Positions 28,227-36,406 of a stretch of DNA of 51,468 bases are shown one piece after another. How positions within the stretch are numbered: the first letter of the stretch is position 1; the number at the start of each line of letters is the position of its first letter. The translations under genes were made by a program, and so were the position numbers. The notes under the pieces are model-generated. The model was not told where the DNA came from. It was given only the letters and a program-made list of their open reading frames with translations, and did not search any database. Origin of the DNA: Escherichia phage phiE31-2; the sequence record PP988008.1; one strand, written 5' to 3'.

Positions 28227-28454
28227 TCATACAGCTTTCCAGCTTTCAATAAACATGCTGTTTTCTTCCAGCAATTTAATCAATTCTTCGCGTGTATATT
28301 TGCGGATTTTACTACCTGGATGTGAGCCAACAACAAACACACCTTTACCACTCGTGATGGTTAACTGGTTTATTCCGCAAGATTTATCCATCTTAATGGC
28401 GACGCGGTGATGTGCATCAACAGTGTGCATGATGTTAGTGACTTTAGCTTTCAT
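28227..28454 (-). CDS. hypothetical protein
   Basis: 75 aa from ATG with GAGGA RBS downstream of promoter-like motif. Confidence 0.45.
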   Translation of the reverse strand: MKAKVTNIMHTVDAHHRVAIKMDKSCGINQLTITSGKGVFVVGSHPGSKIRKYTREELIKLLEENSMFIESWKAV

Positions 28455-28484
28455 TATGCAATCCTCATTATATTTGGCGTGGTA

Positions 28485-28526
28485 ACTATACCAGGTTTGA
28501 GAAATATTGTTTAGCAATTCGTGCTA
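28485..28526 (-). promoter_or_regulatory. conserved-motif promoter-like element (variant)
   Basis: Minus strand TAGCACGAATTGCTAAAC - ~18 nt - TATAGT. Confidence 0.45.
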
Positions 28527-28628
28527 TTAGTTGAAATAGCTATGGCGCTTTGCTCGCTTGCCGTCTCCACCATAATGATCATTAGAAACGGCAATCATCC
28601 AGGCATTATGGAATATTATTAGCTTCAT

Positions 28629-28910
28629 CTAATTAATGCCAACAACGTTAAAACTTACAGATTTTGTTGCGCTAAATACATACGCTTCAACAGCTTCACC
28701 AAATACACGAATTTTTCCATAGCCGTACTGCGCATTCATATTGCGCCAAACCGTTCTGTTAGAACAGAACGCGTTACCAGTCTTGATAAGATTATCCATC
28801 TCTTTTCTTAGGTCATGATAATCAAGCCAGAATCTATAAGCGCGTTGTTTAATGAGTTGCGCCTTGATGGTTTCGGCTGAGTTTTTAAAATCGCTGTTTT
28901 TGTAGGCCAT
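28629..28910 (-). CDS. hypothetical protein
   Basis: 93 aa; TAATG overlap with upstream gene. Confidence 0.5.
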   Translation of the reverse strand: MAYKNSDFKNSAETIKAQLIKQRAYRFWLDYHDLRKEMDNLIKTGNAFCSNRTVWRNMNAQYGYGKIRVFGEAVEAYVFSATKSVSFNVVGIN

Positions 28911-29104
28911 TACACAACCTCCATAAAAGTATTGAATCCACGCAGTTTGAAAGCATTGCCATGTTTAACAACGTTCCATGTCAGGCCGGAGTGATACGCA
29001 ACCATATCCTCAAGATCAATTGTGATGATAGCTCCTTTCTTAAAGATTCCTTTCTCGTGAGTGGCGTCACGCTGTACAACTTTAACGTCAACCTGATTTT
29101 CCAT
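28910..29104 (-). CDS. hypothetical protein
   Basis: 64 aa with GAGGA RBS downstream of promoter-like motif. Confidence 0.5.
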   Translation of the reverse strand: MENQVDVKVVQRDATHEKGIFKKGAIITIDLEDMVAYHSGLTWNVVKHGNAFKLRGFNTFMEVV

Positions 29105-29135
29105 TTTTAAATCCTCGTTCGTTGTCGATGCGCAT

Positions 29136-29178
29136 AATATACCAATCAGAGGCGCATCGGTTTTAACAAAAAGTGCTA
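29136..29178 (-). promoter_or_regulatory. conserved-motif promoter-like element
   Basis: Minus strand TAGCACTTTTTGTTAAAAC - 18 nt - TATATT, the hexamer sitting in the loop of a GATGCGC/GCGCATC hairpin. Confidence 0.5.
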
Positions 29179-29179
29179 T

Positions 29180-29446
29180 TTAGTCCAGGAATTCGATTTC
29201 GCGCTCGCCAGTTAACGGATCTTTAATCCAGAATCCAAGCGCCTCACCGTAAATACCGCCATAGAATCCAAGCGCCGACAGATCCTCACCTTTAACAAAT
29301 ACCAGATCTCCGCTACGGCTTACGTGAGATACGTTAACGATAACCGGAAAGGTGCGATCCTTAAATGCAGGCCGCAGGGCGTAACACCCGTTATTGAGCA
29401 AACGTGCTTTGCGCTTAACTGGAATAGGTGCATTGATTCGCGCCAT
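29180..29446 (-). CDS. hypothetical protein
   Basis: 88 aa with AAGGAG RBS. Confidence 0.5.
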   Translation of the reverse strand: MARINAPIPVKRKARLLNNGCYALRPAFKDRTFPVIVNVSHVSRSGDLVFVKGEDLSALGFYGGIYGEALGFWIKDPLTGEREIEFLD

Positions 29447-29459
29447 CTTTATTTCTCCT

Positions 29460-29705
29460 TCATTGTTGATCGTGTTTAACGGCCATCAGAACATCACAGG
29501 ACTCGTTAATGAATTTTGCCATGCGCTTATCATCACCAACAGGGATTAGCGCATTACACTCGCGTTTGCTACTGAATACCGTCACTTTATGAAACGATGC
29601 GAACGGCATCGACGGGAACTCGACTGTTTGCGTCAAGATCCGCAATCCCATCTTTTTGGCCCTTACCTGGGCCTCGGCAAGTTCAAAATCAACTTCACTA
29701 ATCAT
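29460..29705 (-). CDS. hypothetical protein
   Basis: 81 aa; ATGA overlap with upstream gene. Confidence 0.5.
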   Translation of the reverse strand: MISEVDFELAEAQVRAKKMGLRILTQTVEFPSMPFASFHKVTVFSSKRECNALIPVGDDKRMAKFINESCDVLMAVKHDQQ

Positions 29706-29974
29706 TTCTTGATCTCCTCAGCAATAAACTTCAGGACTTTGCGCAAAAACACTTCATTATTGATGGTCGCTGGCAATTCCTCTTTCACTTCTTGCGGCAG
29801 GTAAACGTTGCCATGCCAGGTTAAGCAATCGTAGTTGATACGATAAGAGCAAAGCCACTCGCAATCGTTATCCGCTTCCCAAATGCAGAGTTGCAGAACA
29901 TCGCCGAAGTCTTCAACAGTCAGGTCCAGACCATGACGCTTGGCGAAATTGAAAGTGGTTTTGCTGATGTTCAT
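29702..29974 (-). CDS. hypothetical protein
   Basis: 90 aa from ATG with CAGGAGA RBS downstream of promoter-like motif. Confidence 0.5.
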   Translation of the reverse strand: MNISKTTFNFAKRHGLDLTVEDFGDVLQLCIWEADNDCEWLCSYRINYDCLTWHGNVYLPQEVKEELPATINNEVFLRKVLKFIAEEIKK

Positions 29975-30012
29975 TTGCTTTCTCCTGATGGGTATCTCGT
30001 TTCGATGAGATA

Positions 30013-30055
30013 AATATACCAGGTTATTCCGATCGTGTTTTAACAAAAAGTGCTA
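30013..30055 (-). promoter_or_regulatory. conserved-motif promoter-like element
   Basis: Minus strand TAGCACTTTTTGTTAAAAC - 18 nt - TATATT upstream of 29702..29974. Confidence 0.55.
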
Positions 30056-30269
30056 TTTGCTGACTGGTTATTATTCCATCTATTCCATTAATCAGGAATA
30101 ACAGGAATAAATCATTCGCGATCACCTGGATTGTGAGACTTTGAGTTTGATCAATTTTAATCAGTTGATTAACTTTTTGTGTGGAGGGGATAGAGAAACG
30201 CGGTCCTCTTGCGTCCTTTCCGGCAATCCTGGCGCGCGCATCTGTTATTTCTGTTCCCTGTGTTATCAC
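30024..30269 (-). CDS. possible first leftward early protein
   Basis: GTG start 7 nt after GGAGG; ~81 aa; 3' end reads through the promoter-like motif of the next gene. Confidence 0.3.
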   Translation of the reverse strand: MITQGTEITDARARIAGKDARGPRFSIPSTQKVNQLIKIDQTQSLTIQVIANDLFLLFLINGIDGIITSQQIALFVKTRSE

Positions 30270-30349
30270 AATCAAGCCTCCGCACTTTTAGATAACAGAT
30301 TCGGCGTTCATCAACAAAAAGAACAAAATAAATTTTATATATATACCCA

Positions 30350-30520
30350 TAAAATCAATAAGTTAGTTATATATGTATTTATATTTGTTATTTACTGTTG
30401 AGCTTGTTCTATGGGTATATGGTGGTGTTGTATTGTTTGTGGTGATATGTATGTGTGATTGTATATTTTTTAATCAATGGTGATGCGTGGTGATTTTTGT
30501 ATGTATATATATGGGTATGG
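30350..30520. repeat. AT-rich conserved core plus GTGAT(T) iteron cluster, copy B
   Basis: Homologous core and four or more GTGAT units; lies in the divergent early control region. Confidence 0.6.
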
Positions 30521-30645
30521 GGGAATCCTCCGTCAACCAAGTCAACAAGGTCATTTTTAACAGAGAAACCAATGTCTTAACTGAAGCATTTTGTTATCTT
30601 TAAACGCGCCACATGCCAAAAATTGTTATTAAAACACAAAATATA

Positions 30646-30674
30646 TTGACATGTAGGAAAGGCAAGGCAATAAT
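30646..30674 (+). promoter_or_regulatory. sigma70-like rightward early promoter
   Basis: TTGACA - 17 nt - AATAAT upstream of first rightward early gene. Confidence 0.5.
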
Positions 30675-30710
30675 GCATCCAGTTTAAACGCAACAAAAGG
30701 AGTAGACGCC

Positions 30711-31181
30711 ATGAATGAAGAAAATGTTAGTTCTATGTCGCGTAGTGAGTTCTGCGATATGCTTCGCGACTTGGGCGCGGCAATTGGTAGCGGCGAGCGT
30801 AACAATGTATTCATGCCAGCACTTTTCTTGTGCGCTAACGTGGAAAACGGCGACGCAATTACAGCCTCGTACATGCGCCAGGTGGTCAACCGTGTTCCAG
30901 AAGTAAAGCAAAAAGGCGTGATCAGCATTAAGCGAAAGGTGACTGATGAGGGTGATGGCTTTGTGTTTACGCTCACTGAAGCCAAAAGCAAGCCTCGCGT
31001 TCTGACTGGTGAAGATATAGCGAAACTTGAAATCAAGTGGCGAGCAAAGTTTATCGCTCAACTTCTGAAAACTCAGCCGAGAATCAGCGACCTGGAAGGC
31101 GAGCGCCTGGAGGGTGCAGCAATCGCACTTGAGCGAATGAATGAAATGCTTAGCGAGATGGTGAAGATGGGGGATGAATAA
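30711..31181 (+). CDS. hypothetical early protein
   Basis: 156 aa with AAAGGAG RBS; first rightward gene after AT-rich control region. Confidence 0.55.
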   Translation: MNEENVSSMSRSEFCDMLRDLGAAIGSGERNNVFMPALFLCANVENGDAITASYMRQVVNRVPEVKQKGVISIKRKVTDEGDGFVFTLTEAKSKPRVLTGEDIAKLEIKWRAKFIAQLLKTQPRISDLEGERLEGAAIALERMNEMLSEMVKMGDE

Positions 31182-31441
31182 TGAATAAGGCATTAATTGG
31201 AGTTTTGATTGCAATTGCTACCCTGACCGGATGCGAAAAGGCATCGGAATCAACAGTTGTCGTAGGAGTGGAGTCAGATTTTAAAGTCGGTCGCCTGTTT
31301 ACTGTTGATGGATGCACTGCGTACCGATTCTATGACAACGGTCGAGCAATCTATTACACCAATTGTAATGGCGCAACGGATAGCACATACCGCAGCGGCA
31401 AAAACGTAATGCACCAGCAAGTCACAACAGATATGAAATAG
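31181..31441 (+). CDS. early lipoprotein
   Basis: 86 aa; signal peptide with lipobox LTGC; TAATG overlap with upstream gene. Confidence 0.65.
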   Translation: MNKALIGVLIAIATLTGCEKASESTVVVGVESDFKVGRLFTVDGCTAYRFYDNGRAIYYTNCNGATDSTYRSGKNVMHQQVTTDMK

Positions 31442-31481
31442 CACTTTTTGTTAAAACGCCAGGTGCAAATCCTGGCATAAT
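31439..31481 (+). promoter_or_regulatory. conserved-motif promoter-like element
   Basis: TAGCACTTTTTGTTAAAAC - 18 nt (GCCAGG/CCTGGC) - CATAAT; TAG is stop of lipoprotein gene. Confidence 0.55.
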
Positions 31482-31513
31482 AGCCTCATCGAAACGAGAT
31501 TGAGGAAAACAAA

Positions 31514-31699
31514 ATGGCACGTCGCATCACCAAAGACCTTAAAGTCCTGAACAAAGAAAACGTAGTTAAAATCCTGGTTATCTGGGGCTACAACGAAGAA
31601 ACAGCAAAGCAGAAGGTAGAGGCAGGTTATGACCTGGCTGTAAAAGCAATGCCAAACGACGACGCCAAAGGCATTGCAAACTATGTAGCTTTCTTTTAA
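31514..31699 (+). CDS. hypothetical protein
   Basis: 61 aa with GAGGAAAA RBS downstream of promoter-like motif. Confidence 0.5.
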   Translation: MARRITKDLKVLNKENVVKILVIWGYNEETAKQKVEAGYDLAVKAMPNDDAKGIANYVAFF

Positions 31700-31714
31700 T
31701 TAGCAGGTGAATAA

Positions 31715-31900
31715 ATGAAAACGAAATTAGTCCATAAATCAGAAATCAAGATCGGCGATACTGTGATTCACAACGGCGAGCTTAGAACGGTTGGCAAAGA
31801 GTCAATAAGCCACGATGAATTTATGGGGATCTTGTTGTTCGGTGACTCTTATCGGCTGGGTTATAAAATGGTTGAGCTTGTGGAAGAGGTAAAATTCTAA
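31715..31900 (+). CDS. hypothetical protein
   Basis: 61 aa with AGGTGA RBS. Confidence 0.5.
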   Translation: MKTKLVHKSEIKIGDTVIHNGELRTVGKESISHDEFMGILLFGDSYRLGYKMVELVEEVKF

Positions 31901-31901
31901 A

Positions 31902-31944
31902 TAGCACTTTTTGTTAAAACTCAAAAACGATAACCAGGCATAAT
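31902..31944 (+). promoter_or_regulatory. conserved-motif promoter-like element
   Basis: Same 19-mer - 18 nt - CATAAT, followed by GGGCG/CGCCC hairpin in the leader. Confidence 0.55.
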
Positions 31945-31998
31945 AAATCACATAGGGCGGCACGGCGTCGCCCACAAAACCAATCAGGAGAAAGCACC

Positions 31999-32892
31999 AT
32001 GTTAAAACTTGCTGACATTAAATTCCCGATCACCTTCGAATCTCGCGGAATTGGTCATTACACGTTCGCAGATAAGAACACTTGTTATAAGTTTTGGTCG
32101 CATAGCGACAAGCCAGAGCTATCAACTATGGAAATTGATCACTTCATTGATGCGCATAATAGCCTTTATGAGAAAACGAAGGACTACGGTTACGCAATGC
32201 CAGGCTACACTTGTTTGCACTACAAACCATATAAAGGCCAAGTGTTACCAGTGCGCTCAACTGAGCGATCAGAGATTAATACGGTCGAGATGAAAACTTG
32301 CGACTATAAAAAGTTATGGTGCTTAAACGTTGACAATATCAAGTATCCGATCACGTTCTACACGGTTGGTAATTCAACGATTCGCTTCACATCGCGCGAC
32401 AATGGCGTTTATAGTGATGGTACGAAATCAGAGTTGAAAGTTGATTTCTTTGTTAATGCTCATAACAAATTCAATCCGCACAATGAAAAAGATAAGGTGT
32501 ACTACGTGGAAGATATTACGAAACACTTGTTTGGAGAAACTCCATTCGGCGGCGGGAAGACGTCAATTCAGCAAATCATTGGCGAAGAGATCCATAAGGC
32601 GGCTACCAAAATGAAAGCGCCTGGAGGCTGGCGTATTGACAAGAGCGCCTTTGCCTATCAAGAAATCGTAACGCAGGGCGCTATTGAAGACATGCCGCTT
32701 GGCGCTTCAATCATCGGCATCAGAGACAATAACGGCTACTGGCATGATGTTTCATTCCCTGTCAAGCGGATCGAGTTGCACGAAGACCTGATTTGCATCC
32801 TGGCGCATCATGGCAGCTATAAGGACAAGCCATTCGCCGCAGAGCTTAACATCAAGCGCGGAACGATGGTTAAGTGGAAGGTGAAAGTGTAA
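31999..32892 (+). CDS. hypothetical protein with internal duplication
   Basis: 297 aa; two repeated segments (IKFPITF... and IKYPITF...); CAGGAGA RBS. Confidence 0.55.
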   Translation: MLKLADIKFPITFESRGIGHYTFADKNTCYKFWSHSDKPELSTMEIDHFIDAHNSLYEKTKDYGYAMPGYTCLHYKPYKGQVLPVRSTERSEINTVEMKTCDYKKLWCLNVDNIKYPITFYTVGNSTIRFTSRDNGVYSDGTKSELKVDFFVNAHNKFNPHNEKDKVYYVEDITKHLFGETPFGGGKTSIQQIIGEEIHKAATKMKAPGGWRIDKSAFAYQEIVTQGAIEDMPLGASIIGIRDNNGYWHDVSFPVKRIELHEDLICILAHHGSYKDKPFAAELNIKRGTMVKWKVKV

Positions 32893-32893
32893 A

Positions 32894-32935
32894 TAGCACG
32901 AATTGTTAAAACTCAAATGTGGGGCCAGGTATAAT
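32894..32935 (+). promoter_or_regulatory. conserved-motif promoter-like element (variant)
   Basis: TAGCACGAATTGTTAAAAC - 17 nt - TATAAT. Confidence 0.5.
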
Positions 32936-32965
32936 GGCCTCACTTTCAACGAAGGGGATAAAACG

Positions 32966-33196
32966 ATGTACATTAACAAGAAGATGAGATGCGTTTCCGT
33001 TAATTATGGTTGTGCTGGCATGTTCAAGCCTGGCGAAATCTATACGGCGCAAAAACTGAAATCATCAACCGGATCCTTTTACGTAAGCAACAGTAAAGGG
33101 CATCGCATGTTCCTGAACGGTGGCGAAGGCACTAAGGTTATGGCGCACGCTATGGTGATTGCTGAATTTGAGGAAGTGAAGGATGGAGACAAATAA
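32966..33196 (+). CDS. hypothetical protein
   Basis: 76 aa from ATG after GGGGA RBS downstream of promoter-like motif. Confidence 0.5.
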   Translation: MYINKKMRCVSVNYGCAGMFKPGEIYTAQKLKSSTGSFYVSNSKGHRMFLNGGEGTKVMAHAMVIAEFEEVKDGDK

Positions 33197-33404
33197 GCGC
33201 GTTAAACACAAGTTTATTGATCATCATGGCGATGCACTTGAGGTATACAAGTTCGGCGACCGTGTGTTTATTGATGGCACGTTTGAAGGTGGGCGCAGGC
33301 CGGATTTTAGGTCGATACTCACTATTGACCAGGTGCGCAAGCTGGCGGATAAGTTAAATGATCTGGCAGATGAAATCGAATACAAGCAAATTCATTTTAA
33401 TTGA
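33183..33404 (+). CDS. hypothetical protein
   Basis: 73 aa; overlaps upstream gene; GAGGAAG RBS. Confidence 0.5.
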   Translation: METNKRVKHKFIDHHGDALEVYKFGDRVFIDGTFEGGRRPDFRSILTIDQVRKLADKLNDLADEIEYKQIHFN

Positions 33405-33415
33405 TAGGTTTGATA

Positions 33416-33955
33416 ATGAAAAAATACGAATTTGAACTTTGGGGCAGCAAATACCATTTTTCCACGAGCAAGCCGATTGTTATCGTTGACCTGGACGGAA
33501 CGTTATCAGACGGAACGCATCGCTTGCACCTGCTTCCGACAGAAGATTTGCACCTTACAGAAAGTTGGTCTGAGTTCAATAAGGCGGCTGTTGGCGATTC
33601 GCCGATTAAGAGCACGGTTGCAGTGGTTAACGGTTTGTGGATGTCGGGATTTGCCATTGTTATCCTGACCGGACGTAGCGACGAAGTGATGGCGGATACC
33701 TGCAAGTGGCTTAACGAAAACGGCATCAAGTACGATGCGTTAATCATGCGCCGCAGGGAAGACAACCGCAAAGACACAATCATCAAAGAAGAAGTCTTGC
33801 GCGCTATCGGACTGGAAAACATTGTGTGCGCTTTTGATGATTCGCCGAACGTGGTTAAGCACTTCCGCAGCCTGGGAATCACAACCTATCAGGTAACGGA
33901 ATACGACAAGCCACATTCTCACATCCAATCGCACGGCGTGGAGGAATTGAAATGA
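33416..33955 (+). CDS. HAD-superfamily phosphatase (polynucleotide 3'-phosphatase / 5'-deoxynucleotidase-like)
   Basis: HAD motif I VIVDLDGTL and C-terminal Asp-containing motif CAFDDSPN; ~180 aa. Confidence 0.6.
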   Translation: MKKYEFELWGSKYHFSTSKPIVIVDLDGTLSDGTHRLHLLPTEDLHLTESWSEFNKAAVGDSPIKSTVAVVNGLWMSGFAIVILTGRSDEVMADTCKWLNENGIKYDALIMRRREDNRKDTIIKEEVLRAIGLENIVCAFDDSPNVVKHFRSLGITTYQVTEYDKPHSHIQSHGVEELK

Positions 33956-34113
33956 CCTGGTTACTTTTAATCTTTGTCACAAGTTACAACTCCGCCGCTA
34001 TTGAATCGCAAGAGTTCTACGGAGAATCAAGATGCCAGGAAGCACGAAAACAAGTTGTTCTCCACATGTCAGATAGCGGGAAAGATGTAACAGCGTTATG
34101 CGTTCGTAAGTAG
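33952..34113 (+). CDS. possible small membrane protein
   Basis: 53-aa ORF; ATG overlaps upstream stop (ATGA); hydrophobic N-terminus; stop TAG embedded in conserved motif. Confidence 0.35.
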   Translation: MTWLLLIFVTSYNSAAIESQEFYGESRCQEARKQVVLHMSDSGKDVTALCVRK

Positions 34114-34153
34114 CACTTTTTGCAAAAACACATTATCGGGCTTGCGGTATAGT
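34111..34153 (+). promoter_or_regulatory. conserved-motif promoter-like element (variant)
   Basis: TAGCACTTTTTGCAAAAAC - 18 nt - TATAGT. Confidence 0.5.
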
Positions 34154-34184
34154 AAGCCCATCGACAACAAACGAGGATTAAATC

Positions 34185-34445
34185 ATGGCTAACAAGATCG
34201 AGTTTTTTAAAGCGGTAGACAAGATTGACGGCGCGCCAAGTTTCTTTGCTATCCAGTCAATTGACGGTGAGGATATGGCATACAACGTTATCAGAGAAAA
34301 GAATCACAGCGTAAACGAGCTTATCATGCTTGTGGTTAAGTTCGGTAAATGTGGGTGGCTGGATTCTGGAGTAGAGCCGCGCCGCCGCGACATGGTAGAT
34401 CCTGTTCTGCTTTACACGCTAGTAATTGAGAAAGATAATAGTTGA
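34185..34445 (+). CDS. hypothetical protein
   Basis: 86 aa with GAGGA RBS downstream of promoter-like motif. Confidence 0.5.
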   Translation: MANKIEFFKAVDKIDGAPSFFAIQSIDGEDMAYNVIREKNHSVNELIMLVVKFGKCGWLDSGVEPRRRDMVDPVLLYTLVIEKDNS

Positions 34446-34473
34446 TTCTTACAGCAAATAAGGAGACGAAGAA

Positions 34474-35064
34474 ATGAAACGAGACATTATCATCCTTAAC
34501 GGACCGCCAGGAGTTGGCAAAGATACGCTTGCCGCATACTTAACGGGCCATCGTTACGCAGCGGTTAAAGCGTCGTTTAAACAGCCTATGTTCGATATTG
34601 CATTCTCCATGCTTGGCGTTTACAGATATGACGAGTTCATTGATCTGTATAACGACCGCGAGCAGAAAGAAAAGCCTCAAGCAATCTTGCAAGGTAAGTC
34701 TCCGCGACAATTCATGATCTGGATTAGTGAAGAAGTCATGAAGCCAGCTTTTGGCGAGCAATATTTTGGAAATCGCATGGTTGAGCAAGTACACGAGATG
34801 TACAGGGATTTAGCTGTTGTAATTAGTGATGGCGGATTCCCTGAAGAAATAAAGCCTCTCGTTAAGGCAGGCCATGAAGTTCACATTTGCCGACTGCATC
34901 GCGAAGGTTTCACGTTTGATGGAGATTCGAGAAACTATATTGACCTGAGCGGATACCATCACCGAGTCAAGCATTACGACTTCACAATGACTGATGGCGA
35001 TCCAGAAAAGACTGTTGACGAGATCATCAAAACGGTCCAGTGGAAACACATTAAGATCAAATAG
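34474..35064 (+). CDS. P-loop nucleotide kinase (T4 gp1-like dNMP kinase)
   Basis: Walker A LNGPPGVGKDT near N-terminus; ~196 aa; AAGGAGA RBS. Confidence 0.65.
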   Translation: MKRDIIILNGPPGVGKDTLAAYLTGHRYAAVKASFKQPMFDIAFSMLGVYRYDEFIDLYNDREQKEKPQAILQGKSPRQFMIWISEEVMKPAFGEQYFGNRMVEQVHEMYRDLAVVISDGGFPEEIKPLVKAGHEVHICRLHREGFTFDGDSRNYIDLSGYHHRVKHYDFTMTDGDPEKTVDEIIKTVQWKHIKIK

Positions 35065-35104
35065 CACGAATTGCTAAAAGAGGGGCGCAATGCCTCGCTA
35101 TAAT
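35062..35104 (+). promoter_or_regulatory. conserved-motif promoter-like element (variant)
   Basis: TAGCACGAATTGCTAAAAG - 18 nt - TATAAT. Confidence 0.5.
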
Positions 35105-35135
35105 GCAAACACCAATCAACGAGAGGGCTTGGAAC

Positions 35136-35537
35136 ATGTTAGAACTTAAAGACATTCGCGTTGGAACAAAATTTCGCGTAACCTGGGCAGATGAATATTG
35201 CGGCGTTAGCAAGGGCCAGGTTGTTACTGTGGATAGTATTTATCGCGGATGCAGCAAAGACTTTCGCCGCCCACGCATCAAGAATGGCTATATCATTACT
35301 CGCCGTTTTGGCTTTGATCATTATTGCGTAGTGTCAACTCAAGGCGCTTTAATTGAGCTTAAGCGAATAAGCGATCATCGCGGCTGTCATGTTAAGACAA
35401 TGAAGACACCATTTCAGCGAGCGCGATACGATGCGCGACGGATGCGCCGACTTGCTCGAAATGCGATCAAGTTCAAAAAGCCTGGTGGTAACTTTTACCG
35501 AATGTACAAAGGGATTGCGCGAAATGCTGGAAAATAA
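35136..35537 (+). CDS. hypothetical basic protein
   Basis: 133 aa from ATG after GAGAGGG RBS; Arg/Lys-rich C-terminus. Confidence 0.5.
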   Translation: MLELKDIRVGTKFRVTWADEYCGVSKGQVVTVDSIYRGCSKDFRRPRIKNGYIITRRFGFDHYCVVSTQGALIELKRISDHRGCHVKTMKTPFQRARYDARRMRRLARNAIKFKKPGGNFYRMYKGIARNAGK

Positions 35538-35655
35538 CAACAACGCAACCAATCCAAAGCCGCCATTTGATTTTCATGAAATCATGATTGTGTTATTCTT
35601 GATTCTCTTAGTTGTTTATTCAGTGAGGGCCGCAATATGGTTTTTAATGCATTAA
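35524..35655 (+). CDS. possible small membrane peptide
   Basis: 43-aa ORF with one TM helix (IMIVLFLILLVVYSV); overlaps both neighbours. Confidence 0.3.
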   Translation: MLENNNNATNPKPPFDFHEIMIVLFLILLVVYSVRAAIWFLMH

Positions 35656-35900
35656 AACGAATCTTTAAACCTGAATACCGGATCGTTGCTTGCACAGAAT
35701 GCAAGATTTATTACCTGCAACGCCGCCGCGTTATTGGTGGGGATTGGGAATATCTGACGGATGATGCTTTCGGCTTTTGGGCTATGGAGTTTAATAGTTA
35801 CAGTGAAGCGCGCGAATACGCTAAAAAGTTGCACAAGTTCCGACCTTACAAGCTGCGTTTGCTGGTTGTCAAAAAATGCGATGTGTGGGATCACGTATGA
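35637..35900 (+). CDS. hypothetical protein
   Basis: 87 aa ORF. Confidence 0.5.
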   Translation: MVFNALKRIFKPEYRIVACTECKIYYLQRRRVIGGDWEYLTDDAFGFWAMEFNSYSEAREYAKKLHKFRPYKLRLLVVKKCDVWDHV

Positions 35901-36076
35901 AAAGAGTAATTATCATTTTTATTGCCGTTATCGCTGGTTGTTACCTGGCTTATAATTATAGCGGTATTGTTGAGTCAATCGGCGGGTTGATTATCTTCAT
36001 GGCTGGTGGATATGCTGGCTATTGTGATGGATTCGAAAACGGAAAGCGTTACATGCTGACTGGAAAAAAGAAGTAA
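35897..36076 (+). CDS. small membrane protein
   Basis: 59 aa, two hydrophobic helices; ATGA overlap with upstream gene. Confidence 0.45.
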   Translation: MKRVIIIFIAVIAGCYLAYNYSGIVESIGGLIIFMAGGYAGYCDGFENGKRYMLTGKKK

Positions 36077-36118
36077 TGTTAACCGCGCCGCTTCGGTGGC
36101 GCTAAAAGGAGGAAACAA

Positions 36119-36406
36119 ATGGCTAAAAGCAATCGCAAAATGTTGATTAACGCATTCGAAAAGGCAGCGCGTGAGCGTGGTTGGAATGACTCATTCCACA
36201 CAGCAAACTGTATCCGCCGTTACGGATTCAAGAATTGCCGATCATGGGCGCGTGAAATGGCTTCATGGTATGATCTTGATGCGCATTACCTTGATATGGA
36301 TTGCGCCCTGGTTGAAATGATTGAGCAGGCAGCATTAGAGGATCGACCATTAACGCAATCTGATTTTGACGATTTTGTGCGCGATGAAATTTATTATATG
36401 AGCTAA
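36119..36406 (+). CDS. hypothetical protein
   Basis: 95 aa with AAAGGAGG RBS. Confidence 0.5.
   Translation: MAKSNRKMLINAFEKAARERGWNDSFHTANCIRRYGFKNCRSWAREMASWYDLDAHYLDMDCALVEMIEQAALEDRPLTQSDFDDFVRDEIYYMS

Noticed and set aside
30141-30401. 86-aa plus-strand ORF in the AT-rich control region
   Set aside because: No RBS, runs through low-complexity AT-rich repeats, hydrophobic artefact-like translation
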